From contig JAVQSZ010000004.1 of assembly GCA_033581555.1 (NCBI GenBank), positions 93,758-157,757 on the forward strand: a DNA stretch of 64,000 nucleotides. Reading direction: 5' to 3'. Under the pieces are notes generated by a model that did not search any database, was not told where the DNA came from, and was given only the letters and a program-made list of their open reading frames with translations. Both the position numbers and the translations under genes were made by a program. Below are positions 47,721 through 57,614 of the stretch, in pieces. Each line of letters begins with the position of its first letter. Within the stretch, counting starts at the first letter, position 1. Source of the stretch: Nitrososphaerota archaeon. Lineage in GTDB: Archaea; Thermoproteota; Nitrososphaeria_A; Caldarchaeales; Calditenuaceae.

Positions 47721-48923
47721 TTATATCGCTACTGGGGCGGAGGGCCGCCTCCTGTCGCCGGTGAGCCTTGTAGCCAAAAGCCGCTGAAATGTCTTCCGGC
47801 TCGAGGGGTCGGCGTAGGTCCCGTAGAGGATCATGGCCGCCGAGAGTGTCAAGGGCAAGGCATACCCCGCGAGCGGCCCCAGGCTGTAAAGGGTGAAGGG
47901 CTTCGGCTCCTGAGGAATTACGCCCAGCCACCAGTCGTAGTGGAAGGAGAGGGCGGGCATGCCCAGGACGATCGTCGAGAGGAGGACGAGCGCAGAGTAG
48001 ACGCTACCCCCGCCGGCGCGCCACTCGGTGCTGAATATGCAGGACCCCGCGATACCAATCCCTAGGCCGAAGACCAGGCCGCCGATCAGGAGATGGAGAA
48101 CCCCGACCTGCGGAGGGGTGAGGGCGAAGGGCACGCCGGAGAGCTGGAGGCCTAGGACGCCCGTGCTGTAGGCAAGGAGCGCTATGGCCACCGCCTTGAC
48201 CATGACGCCGCTCGCGTAGCGGGGCGCGACCAGGTCCCTGTAGCACGACGCGAAGCAGATGCCCGAAGTCCACCCGAGGGCACCGAAGGCGATGCCCGCG
48301 ACCCACCAGACCGCGACCAATGGGCTCAGGAGCGGCACGAGGGCGAGCGACGACGCGACGACCGCCAACCCGAGCCACCTCTGGGCCCGGAGGGACAGCG
48401 TCACGGAGTACCTACTAGGGGCGGCCCTGAGAGCGAAGAGGGCCTCGGTGAGCCTGAACCCGGCCCAAGTCCCCGGGAGGAGCGCGGCGGTGAAGACGGC
48501 CGCGTGCACTCCGCCAGTGGCCCAGCCGGACAGGAAGTTGCCGATGTTGCACCCGAACGCGAGCCTCGCCCCGTATCCCAGAAGGAACCCTCCCAGCACC
48601 GCTTGGACCGCCATCCACCTGTTGGGGAAGTGCTTCACCGCGAAGCTCCTGGTCAGCAGCGACGCCGAGAGCCCGCCGATCAGCACCGATAGGACGATCG
48701 CCTGGGTCGGGTCCTCGAGGGGATTCATCAACCTGAACTGCTTGTAATAGGTCAGCTGGTCGACCGGAAGTCCGAGCGCCCTCCAGAAGAGGCCGCCGAG
48801 CTTAGATTCGCCGGTCGTGATCCCCCAGATCGTCCCCCTTCCGGCGACTAGGTACATCGAGTAGCCCAGCGCGACCGAGACGACGCCGATCAGCGCGGCG
48901 GAGACGTATATCCTAACTCCCAC
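47721..48923 (-). CDS. YeeE/YedE (TsuA-like) sulfur-compound transporter
   Basis: WGIT, GARLAFGCNIG, ICFASCYRD, AGSCIFS..WRAG; multiple TM helices. Confidence 0.85.
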   Translation of the reverse strand: MGVRIYVSAALIGVVSVALGYSMYLVAGRGTIWGITTGESKLGGLFWRALGLPVDQLTYYKQFRLMNPLEDPTQAIVLSVLIGGLSASLLTRSFAVKHFPNRWMAVQAVLGGFLLGYGARLAFGCNIGNFLSGWATGGVHAAVFTAALLPGTWAGFRLTEALFALRAAPSRYSVTLSLRAQRWLGLAVVASSLALVPLLSPLVAVWWVAGIAFGALGWTSGICFASCYRDLVAPRYASGVMVKAVAIALLAYSTGVLGLQLSGVPFALTPPQVGVLHLLIGGLVFGLGIGIAGSCIFSTEWRAGGGSVYSALVLLSTIVLGMPALSFHYDWWLGVIPQEPKPFTLYSLGPLAGYALPLTLSAAMILYGTYADPSSRKTFQRLLATRLTGDRRRPSAPVAI

Positions 48924-49032
48924 GCCTTTCCACCTCGGGAGGTAGCCTCGGCGGTTGTATTTGTATATTATAACATCTTACTAGTGCGGGATTAATTTCC
49001 GGTTTATATAAAGCCAATAACTCAACGGGCCC

Positions 49033-49311
49033 GTGACAGCTCGCGTCCAGCTGCCAGCACATCTCCTCACGAGGCTCGGCGACCGGCGGTACAGGCTCGA
49101 CCTGAGGGGGTACTCCTGTCCGTACCCGCAGCTCTTCGCGGCCAAAGCCCTGAGCCAGCTGGAGCCTGGAGCCGCGCTCGAGATCATGACCGACAACCCG
49201 CCCTCGGTCGAGAACGTGCTCAGGTCGATAGCGAAGAACGGGCATGAGCACCTGGGGACCGAGAAGGTCGGGGCCTCGGTCTGGGTGATAAGGGCGAGGA
49301 GGCCCGAGTGA
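49033..49311 (+). CDS. TusA/YeeD family sulfur carrier
   Basis: LDLRGYSCPYP, TDNPPS. Confidence 0.9.
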   Translation: MTARVQLPAHLLTRLGDRRYRLDLRGYSCPYPQLFAAKALSQLEPGAALEIMTDNPPSVENVLRSIAKNGHEHLGTEKVGASVWVIRARRPE

Positions 49312-49460
49312 CCGTTAGGAGAGTCCGATTTCCGGGGCGTCAACACCGAGTCCTCCCATTATGGCCGCTAGATGACGGTGCTGCGCTAAGTGTGTGGTCG
49401 AGAGGCTTCTTCTTCCACCCGTGAGGCTTTATTATAACAGGTCATGGAGATATGTAAACG

Positions 49461-50306
49461 ATGAGCGGTCCCTCGCTCGCTGAGAGGCTGGCGGGGATAG
49501 TCAACGACAGGTCGCTCGGGTCGATGGAGATAGCGAGGGCGGTCCTAAAGGAGGTGGCAAGGGCGCTCGCCGCAGCGGGCTCGGGGGAGGAAACCTTCGA
49601 CCTTGCGATGGAGGCCTTGAGGATCGCGTCGGGGCGGAGGTCGATGCCGATGTTCGCGAACGCCCTGAGGGCCGCGCTCGGGCGCGTCGAAGAGGGCCTG
49701 AGCCCGGAGGAAGCCGTCTCGACGACGCTGGCGGACCTTGAGTCTAGGATCGAGGCCTCGATCGAGGCTCTGGTCGGACTGCTGCGCGGCGCTGGGGCCG
49801 TGATGACGTACAGCTACAGCTCGCACGTCGTAAGGGCCCTGAAGGCGTTGAATCCCGAAAGGGTCTACGTCCCCGTCTCCTGTCCACTCCACGAGGGCCT
49901 CAGGACGGTTGAGGAGCTGGCGTCCTCCGGGCTGAGGGCGACCGCGGTCTTGGACGTCGAGGCCTTGAGGGTCCTCTACGGGTGTGACGCGCTGGTCTTA
50001 GGGTCAGACGCGGTCCTGAGGGACGGGAGCGTCGCCATCAGGAGCGGGTCGAGGGTCCTCGTCGAGCAGGCCGACCGACTCGGGGTGAGAGTCTACTTCC
50101 TGACGGACCTCCTGAAGTACGACCTCGAGAGGAACTGGGAGGGCGAGAAGTTGACCATCATGGGCATCGAGCTCGAGCTCTTCGACCTCGTCCCTCCCCT
50201 CCCGAGCGTCCTCACGGTCTCCTCGATGGAGCGTTGGGGCCGAGGGAGTTCGCCGCAGTCTGCGAGCGGTCGCTCAAGGGCCCTGCCTCGAGACGAGGAA
50301 GTTGAG
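49461..50306 (+). pseudogene. eIF2B/ribose-1,5-bisphosphate isomerase family protein with apparent 3' frameshift near 50229
   Basis: MTYSYSSHV, PLHEG, LGSDAV; after VSSM the plausible tail GALGPREFAAVC...stop lies in a shifted frame. Confidence 0.6.
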
Positions 50307-51167
50307 GACCGTCAGCACGGCCCAGACGGCCTCCTCGGTCCGCACGGTCCAGACGCCCTGCTCCGGGATGAAGTTCACCACCGCGTCGAAGACCTCCCTT
50401 GGGTCGAAGCCCTGAACCTCCGCTATCTCCCAGATGCCCCTCCTGTAGGACCCGAAGGCGACCGCGACCTTCCCGCCCTTCGCGCCTCCGATCAGCGACC
50501 CGAGCTTCTCCAACCTCCTCGTGACGAGGTCACCGATCCTGCTGGCGGCGATCCTGACCTGATACCGCTTCAGGACCTCCGGAAGCGGGAGAGGAGTCAC
50601 CTCGACCGAGGTCCCGAGGAAGTACTCGGACCTGGTCCTGGAGATCAGCCTGAACTTGAGCCCGCCCTTCTTCCTCCTCACCAATAGGTAGACCCTGCTG
50701 TTGGGCCTCCTCGGCGACCTCAGCCTCAGCTGCCTCCTCAACCCCGCCTCGACGTAGTAGCTTTCGCCCCTCTTGACGACTAGGCCCTCCCTCAGCTCCA
50801 CTCCGCCCTCCGGGATCGATGGCGACCTCGGGTGGGTGGGGATGTTCAAAGGCTGAAGGGCCCCCACGTACTTGAGCTCCTTCGTCACCGGGTAGATCAA
50901 CCTCCTCAGGTAGGGCGCCGTGTTCGCGTACTCCACGATCAGCTTGATCAGGTCCGCGTTCCTCTCGGGGCTCCTCGGGTCCTCGTGGAAGACGACCAGC
51001 CTCTCGACCCTGTAAGTCGCGAGGGCCCTGGCGAGGTTGCCGATCCTCAGGGTCTGCTCGAGGAGCGAGGGCACCTCAGAGGAGAAGCTGCTGGGTATCA
51101 GGACGTGGACCGCGGGGTCGGGGAGCTTAGGGAGGAAGGCCTGCGGCTCGGCGGTCAAGACTTCCAC
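50274..51167 (-). CDS. SPOUT RNA methyltransferase (MTH1/DUF171-like)
   Basis: IGNLARA, TAPYLR, PLNIPTH, NFIPEQGVWTVRTEEA. Confidence 0.88.
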   Translation of the reverse strand: MEVLTAEPQAFLPKLPDPAVHVLIPSSFSSEVPSLLEQTLRIGNLARALATYRVERLVVFHEDPRSPERNADLIKLIVEYANTAPYLRRLIYPVTKELKYVGALQPLNIPTHPRSPSIPEGGVELREGLVVKRGESYYVEAGLRRQLRLRSPRRPNSRVYLLVRRKKGGLKFRLISRTRSEYFLGTSVEVTPLPLPEVLKRYQVRIAASRIGDLVTRRLEKLGSLIGGAKGGKVAVAFGSYRRGIWEIAEVQGFDPREVFDAVVNFIPEQGVWTVRTEEAVWAVLTVLNFLVSRQGP

Positions 51168-51170
51168 GCG

Positions 51171-51608
51171 TCAAATGTCGAGGACGAACTTCACCTCCGC
51201 TCCGGACTCGGACTCGTTCACCTCCATCAGCCAATAGGTCGGCGACTTCACGTCTATCCCCGGGACGTGTCTCGAGGGGTCGAAGTCCTCTCCGGCCACC
51301 TTGCCCCTGACCACAAGGTCGTCGCCGGAGGACGATATCTCTTGGACCCTGACATCAGAGGCCACCAGCTTCTCGAGCTGGAAGACCAGGAGCAGCCTCT
51401 CGAGCCAGTCGTAGAGGAGCGAGTGCTTGTCGTAGCCCTTCGCGGTCACCGAGACCTCCCTCGCCGCCCTCACGTCGCCGACGTTCCTGACCAGCACGCT
51501 GAAGAGCGCCTTCCCGGCCTCCTCGAAGGCCTCGGAGAGGTCCCTGCCGTAGGCCCTGATGTAGACGTCGCTGGTGTGCTCGAGGAACTCGAAGCCCCTC
51601 CCCGACAT
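51171..51608 (-). CDS. Archease
   Basis: FEFLEHTSDV, DVKSPTY, VLDI. Confidence 0.93.
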   Translation of the reverse strand: MSGRGFEFLEHTSDVYIRAYGRDLSEAFEEAGKALFSVLVRNVGDVRAAREVSVTAKGYDKHSLLYDWLERLLLVFQLEKLVASDVRVQEISSSGDDLVVRGKVAGEDFDPSRHVPGIDVKSPTYWLMEVNESESGAEVKFVLDI

Positions 51609-51717
51609 CCCGCCTCTCCGTAGGGTCCTCCCTTGATAACCCTCTCCCGGGCAACTGAAGAGGTCCGCGGTCAGGCGCGAGATGGGCTAATCACCCGCCG
51701 CGAGCCCGGTCAGGTCG

Positions 51718-52695
51718 TTGAGGGCTGGTGCCTGTAGGGTCCCTTCGAGCAGCGCGAACCTCGGCCCTGGGTACGACGTCCTCTCCCTCGCGCTCTCGGC
51801 GCCTGCGATGGAGGTGGCGGTCGAGCTGGTCGACCCCGCGGAGGGCATTACCGTAGAGCCGTCGGGGAAGTACGGCTGGAGGGTGAACAGGGACCCCGAG
51901 AGGAACTCGGCCGCAAGGGCGCTAGCGGTGTTGGCCCGGAGGCTCGGAGTCCGACTCGGAGTGAGGATACGGATCAGTGCAGAGATCCCGGTCGGGAAGG
52001 GGCTGGGGTCTTCTGCGGCAGAGGCCGTCGGGGCGGTCGTCGCGGCCTGTAAGGCGCTGGGCGTCGAGCTCCCGAGGGAGGAGGTGGCCAGGATAGCGGC
52101 ATCCGTCGAGCCGGGAGGCCACGCCGACAACGCGGCTGCGTCGACCTTCGGCGGGTTCAACGTGATCCTCCGCTCGGGGTCGGGGCCGGAGTTCCTCAGC
52201 TTCAGGGCCCCGGAGAGCCTGGGGTGCGTCGTGGTGGTGCCTGACGTTGAGAAGGCGTCGACGGAGGTCGCGAGGGCTGCGGTCCCGAGAACTGTCTCCA
52301 TCTCCGACCACGTTGAGGCCTCCTCGAGGGTCGCGGCGGCCTGCGTCTCGATGCTCTCGGGGGACCTGAGGAGGTTCTTCGCGGCGGTCGCGATCGATCC
52401 GATCGTCGAGAGGGCGAGGGCCGAAGCGGGGGTCTATGGTGAGTACACCTGGGAGGAGCTCAGGGAAGAGAAGGAGAAGCTCCTGAGGACGTACGGCGTC
52501 GCGTTGGTGATCAGCGGTGCAGGGCCATCGAGGCTCGTCCTCTACGACTGGTCTGTGGCGACCGGAGAAAGTGGCCGGAGGCTCGTCGAGTCGGCGGTCC
52601 AGGAGGTCGTCGCGTCTCTCGAGAGGAGGGGACACAGAGTGATCGAGGTTTACTGGACGAAGCCCGACAACCGCGGAGCCGTGGAGATCGCGTAG
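51718..52695 (+). CDS. thrB: Homoserine kinase
   Basis: PSSSANLGPGYD, IPVGKGLGSSAA, HADN, ISGAGPS. Confidence 0.9.
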   Translation: MRAGACRVPSSSANLGPGYDVLSLALSAPAMEVAVELVDPAEGITVEPSGKYGWRVNRDPERNSAARALAVLARRLGVRLGVRIRISAEIPVGKGLGSSAAEAVGAVVAACKALGVELPREEVARIAASVEPGGHADNAAASTFGGFNVILRSGSGPEFLSFRAPESLGCVVVVPDVEKASTEVARAAVPRTVSISDHVEASSRVAAACVSMLSGDLRRFFAAVAIDPIVERARAEAGVYGEYTWEELREEKEKLLRTYGVALVISGAGPSRLVLYDWSVATGESGRRLVESAVQEVVASLERRGHRVIEVYWTKPDNRGAVEIA

Positions 52696-52702
52696 CGGTC
52701 GG

Positions 52703-52873
52703 TCAATCGCCCTTCGGAGCCGGGATGTAGTAGACCTTGTCGCCCTTCGGCGTAACCACTATGACCCCCATGCACCCCCTGCACCTGTAATACCTGTTCT
52801 CGCCGCCTTCGGTCCTTTGGCTGCCCAACCACTCGAGGTCGTCGTGGGGACACTCCGTGCGCTGTTCGCCCAT
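52703..52873 (-). CDS. 56-aa Cys/His small protein (CxH...CxxC zinc-ribbon-like)
   Basis: MGEQRTECPHDDLEWLGSQRTEGGENRYYRCRGCMGVIVVTPKGDKVYYIPAPKGD; below the track length cutoff; 25 bp after the radical SAM gene. Confidence 0.75.
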   Translation of the reverse strand: MGEQRTECPHDDLEWLGSQRTEGGENRYYRCRGCMGVIVVTPKGDKVYYIPAPKGD

Positions 52874-52898
52874 CGAGTTACGTGATCCGCCCGTCGAT

Positions 52899-54647
52899 TT
52901 AAGCGGTCGCCACGGTGGCAGGGGTCGCGTGCTTGATCCTCTTGAACTCCTCTCTGAGCTTGTTGAAGTCCGTGCCCATCGTCTTGATGGACTTGTAGTT
53001 CTCCGCCTTCTCGATCGCCCTCTCGTACTCCTTCCCGAGCCTCGTGAAGTACTTCTTGATCGCGCCCAGCCAGATCCTCGCGCCAGAGACCAGTATCGAG
53101 GCGGTAATGGCCCTATAGATCGGGTTCTCCTTCCCTATCTTCCAAGCGAGGTTCTCGGCCATCCTCTTCGTGTTCTTCCAGCTGACGTAGATCAGAGCCG
53201 CCTGCGTCGGGGTCATGCTCGCGTAGACGTCGGTCAGCTTGTTCTCGCCCCTCAGCGACCCCAAGCTCACGAGGGCCATTGGCGTCACCGTGAAGAGCAG
53301 GTTCATCGAGGCCATGTGGTTGATCAGGCCGATCGTGTCCCAGAGGTCCTCGTCCGTCTCTCCGGCCATCCCAAGGATGATCGTGTAAGCCGGTATCCAG
53401 TAAGCCGCGTTGTAGGCCTTCTGGGCCTCGACGACGATCTCGGCCCAGGTCCCGTCGACGCCGACCCTCAGCGGCAGCGCCTTCCTCCAAGCGTGCTTCT
53501 TCACGAGCTTATCGCTTCCGGTCTCCAGCCCGATCTGGACGCCGACGTGCTTCCTCGGCCCGGCCCTGACGATCTTCGCGACTCCGAACGCGAGCTCGGG
53601 GTCCGCCGCGACTGGGGCCAGCGTCGCGTGCATCGGGTTCGCCCCTGTGACGCCTTCGTAGGAGACGACGGTCCTGTAGAGCTCGAATATCGCCTCCTTG
53701 TTCGGCCAGTAGTCCTTGTCCTTCAGCATGTAGGCCCACTGGTTGTCGGTGATGAACCACGCGTGCCTGAGTCCTACGCGGAGGTTGACCTTGACCTCCT
53801 CGAGCACCTTCTCCGGCGGGTAGTACCTCAGTGGCCTCAAGGTGACCTCGCAGAAGTCGCAGTCTAGCCCGCACCCCCTCATGATCTCGGCCTGGCCCGA
53901 TATCGTCGGGTTGACGATCGTCGGGATCTCCTCGACCCTCGGTATCTTGTACTTCGAGAACGGGTTCCTCGTGATGAACCGACCGTTGGGGTCTTTCACG
54001 TACCTAACCCTTGGCCTGCCCGCGACGTCGAAGGTCGTCGTCTTGTGGCCGAACATGAAGACGCTCGTGTCGATCGAGTCCTCGACTATCTGCTCGAAGA
54101 GGAGGTGGGCGATGTCTTCGACCTCGCCCTCGACCGCGTAGTCTATCCCGAGCCTGTCCAGGGCCCAGGGCATCATCTCGAACTCCCATACGCCCGGCCC
54201 TCCCACGACCACCTTCGCCTTTGGGCATCGCTCCCTCCTAAGGAGGTTCACCTGCTTCATCAGGCCGACGAACTCCTCGGTGACCCAGGACCTCTCCCGC
54301 CCGGCGTTGTTGAACATCAGGGTCAGCGGGCCTATTCCCAAGGGGTCCATCGTGTTGATCCCGATGACCTTCGTCTCGGACGATATGTGCCGGTCTAGGT
54401 GATTCGGGTGTGCGACGACGACCGAGTACCTAGTCCTCTTGTAGAGGCAGGCCTCGACCTTCCTGATGCCGTAGGGCGCGAGGACCGCCCTGCCGTACTC
54501 GTCGGCCGGGACGTCTGGCTTTGCGAGGTAGTAATAGATCGGCGGCGGGACGAACCTCACCGGCGCGCAGGGCAGGAACGAGAGCAGGGGGAAGTTGTGG
54601 AACTGGTGACCGAGCGATGGGTCGAAGGTAAGCACGATATTCGCCAT
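52899..54647 (-). CDS. B12-binding-domain radical SAM enzyme
   Basis: APYGIRKVEA, MDPLGIGP, VVGGPG, RGCGLDCDFC (CxxxCxxC), IGLETGS. Confidence 0.9.
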   Translation of the reverse strand: MANIVLTFDPSLGHQFHNFPLLSFLPCAPVRFVPPPIYYYLAKPDVPADEYGRAVLAPYGIRKVEACLYKRTRYSVVVAHPNHLDRHISSETKVIGINTMDPLGIGPLTLMFNNAGRERSWVTEEFVGLMKQVNLLRRERCPKAKVVVGGPGVWEFEMMPWALDRLGIDYAVEGEVEDIAHLLFEQIVEDSIDTSVFMFGHKTTTFDVAGRPRVRYVKDPNGRFITRNPFSKYKIPRVEEIPTIVNPTISGQAEIMRGCGLDCDFCEVTLRPLRYYPPEKVLEEVKVNLRVGLRHAWFITDNQWAYMLKDKDYWPNKEAIFELYRTVVSYEGVTGANPMHATLAPVAADPELAFGVAKIVRAGPRKHVGVQIGLETGSDKLVKKHAWRKALPLRVGVDGTWAEIVVEAQKAYNAAYWIPAYTIILGMAGETDEDLWDTIGLINHMASMNLLFTVTPMALVSLGSLRGENKLTDVYASMTPTQAALIYVSWKNTKRMAENLAWKIGKENPIYRAITASILVSGARIWLGAIKKYFTRLGKEYERAIEKAENYKSIKTMGTDFNKLREEFKRIKHATPATVATA

Positions 54648-54769
54648 TTCAGTGATTCGTCGGAGTGAGGTCTCTTATTAATTTCATGGTGTTACCGATC
54701 AGCTTATGTGCTGGACGTTGTAGCTGAGCAACTGCTATTACTGGCGCTAGGTTTAGCTGCGCGGGGAAA

Positions 54770-55111
54770 ATGGTGAGGAGGTGCGACCTATGCGGCGAGG
54801 AGTTGTCGACCGGGGAGTGGCTCGCCGTGAGGTACGCATGCCTCACCTCCTGCGCCCCCGTCCTTCCAGGACGCCACCTTAAGTCCGCCCATGGAGACTT
54901 CTACTCCGTGGCCTCGAGGGTCGCGAAGTCCGTGACGTACACGAGCGCTGCTATGCTTGTCGCTGCGGCGGTAGCGCTACTCGCCGGGCGCGGTGACCTC
55001 GCCCTCCCGCTCCTAGTGAGCTCCGCGTCGGTCGTCCTCATGGGGACGTTGTACAGGACCAAGCTCTTGGCAGCTCACCGGCGTGAAGGCGTGCGGCTGA
55101 GCCGACCCTGA
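54770..55111 (+). CDS. Hypothetical Cys-rich membrane protein
   Basis: CDLC...CLTSC...H...H, two TM helices. Confidence 0.6.
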   Translation: MVRRCDLCGEELSTGEWLAVRYACLTSCAPVLPGRHLKSAHGDFYSVASRVAKSVTYTSAAMLVAAAVALLAGRGDLALPLLVSSASVVLMGTLYRTKLLAAHRREGVRLSRP

Positions 55112-55351
55112 TTACCTCGGTCCCTGGATCAGTAACGGGCCGAAGAGGAAGAAGAAGAGCATCACCATGATCGCGATGTAGAGCAAAAGCGAGATGTTCC
55201 TCGCCCTCCTCTCCCTCCTCATCCTCTCCTCGTAGACCTTCTTGCAGCTCTCGCCGCAGAACTCCGCGTCCACGGCCATTGGCAGCCCGCAGATCGGACA
55301 GTGCTTGTGCTCCGGGATCTTGACCCTCTTCGCGGCGGGCCTTACCGACAT
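55112..55351 (-). CDS. DUF2116-like Zn-ribbon membrane protein
   Basis: HKHCPICG...FCGESC followed by a TM helix. Confidence 0.8.
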   Translation of the reverse strand: MSVRPAAKRVKIPEHKHCPICGLPMAVDAEFCGESCKKVYEERMRRERRARNISLLLYIAIMVMLFFFLFGPLLIQGPR

Positions 55352-55441
55352 TCTCCGGGACTAGTTAGGTCTGGTAAATAACCCCGCACCCCTTTGCCGC
55401 GGAGTTTCCTTTATATCCAGAACGGGCCCGTCGATGTGGAA

Positions 55442-55840
55442 ATGAGTACTAGGCCGGCGGAGCTCGGTGAGATCAAGGAGGGGTCGAACGTCGTGATCGA
55501 CGGCGAGCCGTGCAGGGTGGTCGAGGTCGAGCGGTCGAAGCCGGGTAAGCACGGCAGCGCGAAGGTCAGGATCGTGGCCATAGGGATCTTCGATGGCGTC
55601 AAGCGGAGCGTCGTCGGACCCTCTGACCAGTACATCGAGGTCCCGATCGTCGAGAAGAGGTCAGGCCAGGTCGTCAGCATCGGCGAGACCGTCACCGTGA
55701 TGGACAACGCGACCCTAGAGATGGTCGAGGTGCCCCTCCCGAAGGACGAGGCGTTGGCCAGCAAAATCGAGCCGGGCGTCACGGTCGAGTACTGGCGGAT
55801 CATGAACCGGAACATGATCGTCCAGGCGCGCAGGGAGTGA
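55442..55840 (+). CDS. eif5a: Translation factor aIF5A
   Basis: SKPGKHGSAK hypusine loop. Confidence 0.96.
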   Translation: MSTRPAELGEIKEGSNVVIDGEPCRVVEVERSKPGKHGSAKVRIVAIGIFDGVKRSVVGPSDQYIEVPIVEKRSGQVVSIGETVTVMDNATLEMVEVPLPKDEALASKIEPGVTVEYWRIMNRNMIVQARRE

Positions 55841-55965
55841 CTCATTCATTTTGAATTAGGCGTCCTGAAATTATAGTATAAAAAATTTCGTTCGAGTTGA
55901 CGTTATGTCAAAGGCAGCTTATCCCAACGCATGTTGCGAAATGAGGACTGCAGTAAACGGAATGA

Positions 55966-56525
55966 ATGCGACCGGCGAAGGGGTTGATGGGCTTGGAGGC
56001 GGTGATAATCCTAATGGCGTTCGGCGTGGTGGCGGCGGCCTTCGCCTTCGCGGTGCTGAACATGGGCTTCTTCGCGACGCAGAAGTCGGGCGAGGTGATG
56101 CAGGCCGGTTTAGAGGAGACCCTGGGCGGCATAGAGCCTTCAGCTCGGTGATCGTCAGGTCCGGCGGCGGTCAGATCGGGAGCATCATGATCTCCATCAA
56201 GTCCGCGGTCGGCAAGCACCCGGTCGACATGAGGGCCGGCAAGCTGGTGATCGGCTGCAGGGACCCGTACGACTTCAACCCGAACATCTACATCACGAAC
56301 AGCAATGATCCCACGACCGGGGTCAGGGTCAGGCAAATGACGGGAAGTGGGGACACAGCCCTCGAGTACGCGGAGCTTTGAGAGGTAACGATCGCGATTG
56401 ACGAGCTCGAGGGCCTCAGACCGAACGACCCCTTCTCCATCGAGATCAAGCCGCCGCAGGGATCGGTGCTGAAGATCGAGAAGAGGCTGCCGCCGGTCTT
56501 CGACGCGGTAACGGACCTAGGCTGA
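55966..56525 (+). pseudogene. flaB: Archaellin (FlaB/ArlB) pseudogene
   Basis: Class III signal KGLMGLEAVIILMAF.VVAAAFAFAVLNMG...QKS; frameshift near 56140; in-frame TGA at 56379; C-terminal IEIKPPQGSVL. Confidence 0.85.
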
Positions 56526-56673
56526 TCAGCCGTCTCCTCCGAAAATGAACAATTCCATTTTCTGAGCCCTTCTTCCTTCGGATTCTCCGTTAAGTTATCG
56601 AGCTCCGATCCCAGTTCACCCTCTGTCGGAGCACAGTCAGCGGTAAATAGGACCCGAGTCCGGGTGACGCGGG

Positions 56674-57567
56674 TTGCCGATACTGGTCAACTCCTCGACC
56701 AGAGTCCTTGTCCAGGGCATAACCGGTAGGGAGGGGAGCTTCCACACCGAGGCGATGCTCAGGTACGGCACGAAGGTCTTGGCGGGCGTGACTCCTGGGA
56801 AGGGCGGGTCTCAGGTCCACGGCGTCCCGGTCTACGACTCGGTCGAGGCGGCGGTGAGGAGGCACCCGGAGGTCAACGCCTCGATCGTCTTCGTCCCGGC
56901 GAAGTTCGCGGTCGACGCGGTCCACGAGGCGATCGACGCGGGCATCGGGCTGATCGTGGTGATAACGGAGGGCATACCGATCCACGACGCGGTCAAGCTG
57001 ATCAGCTACGCCAGGATGAGGGGTGTCAGGATCATAGGTGCTAACACGCCTGGCGTGATCACTCCCAACGAGTGCAAGCTCGGGATCATGCCGGGACACG
57101 TCTTCAGCAGGGGGAAGGTCGGGATGGTCTCGAGGAGTGGGACCCTCACCTACGAGATCGCGATGCAGCTGACCAACGCTGGCATCGGGCAGAGCACCTG
57201 CGTCGGGATAGGAGGGGACCCGGTCGTCGGCACCGACTTCCTCGACGTCCTCGAGATGTTCAGGGAGGACCCCGGGACGGAGTGCGTGGTCTTGATCGGC
57301 GAGATCGGAGGGGACGCTGAGGAGAGGGTCGCGAGATATGTCGTCGAGACCGAGTACCCTAAGCCGGTGGTCGCGTACGTCGCGGGCAGGACCGCCCCTC
57401 CGGGGAAGAGGATGGGTCACGCCGGCGCGATCATCTCGATGGGGGTCGGCGACGCGGAGAGCAAAGTCAGGGCCCTCACGGCCGCGGGCATAAAGGTGGG
57501 CTCCACTCCAAGCGAGATCCCGGTCCTAGTCAGGGAGGCCTTGGAGGCTCGGTCACCTAAAGCCTGA
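56674..57567 (+). CDS. sucD: Succinyl-CoA ligase alpha subunit
   Basis: [34 protein letters not shown]. Confidence 0.96.
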   Translation: MPILVNSSTRVLVQGITGREGSFHTEAMLRYGTKVLAGVTPGKGGSQVHGVPVYDSVEAAVRRHPEVNASIVFVPAKFAVDAVHEAIDAGIGLIVVITEGIPIHDAVKLISYARMRGVRIIGANTPGVITPNECKLGIMPGHVFSRGKVGMVSRSGTLTYEIAMQLTNAGIGQSTCVGIGGDPVVGTDFLDVLEMFREDPGTECVVLIGEIGGDAEERVARYVVETEYPKPVVAYVAGRTAPPGKRMGHAGAIISMGVGDAESKVRALTAAGIKVGSTPSEIPVLVREALEARSPKA

Positions 57568-57614
57568 GCTCTGAGAGGTAACCTTATGTCCTTCGCGACC
57601 GATGGCGGTGAGGT

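Noticed and set aside
49312-49460. Possible sRNA in the tusA downstream gap (GATGA...GTGA)
   Set aside because: No convincing terminal stem, internal boxes or rRNA complementarity
56379-56381. TGA in archaellin as selenocysteine or recoding
   Set aside because: Gene also has a frameshift; more likely a nonsense mutation; no SECIS evident
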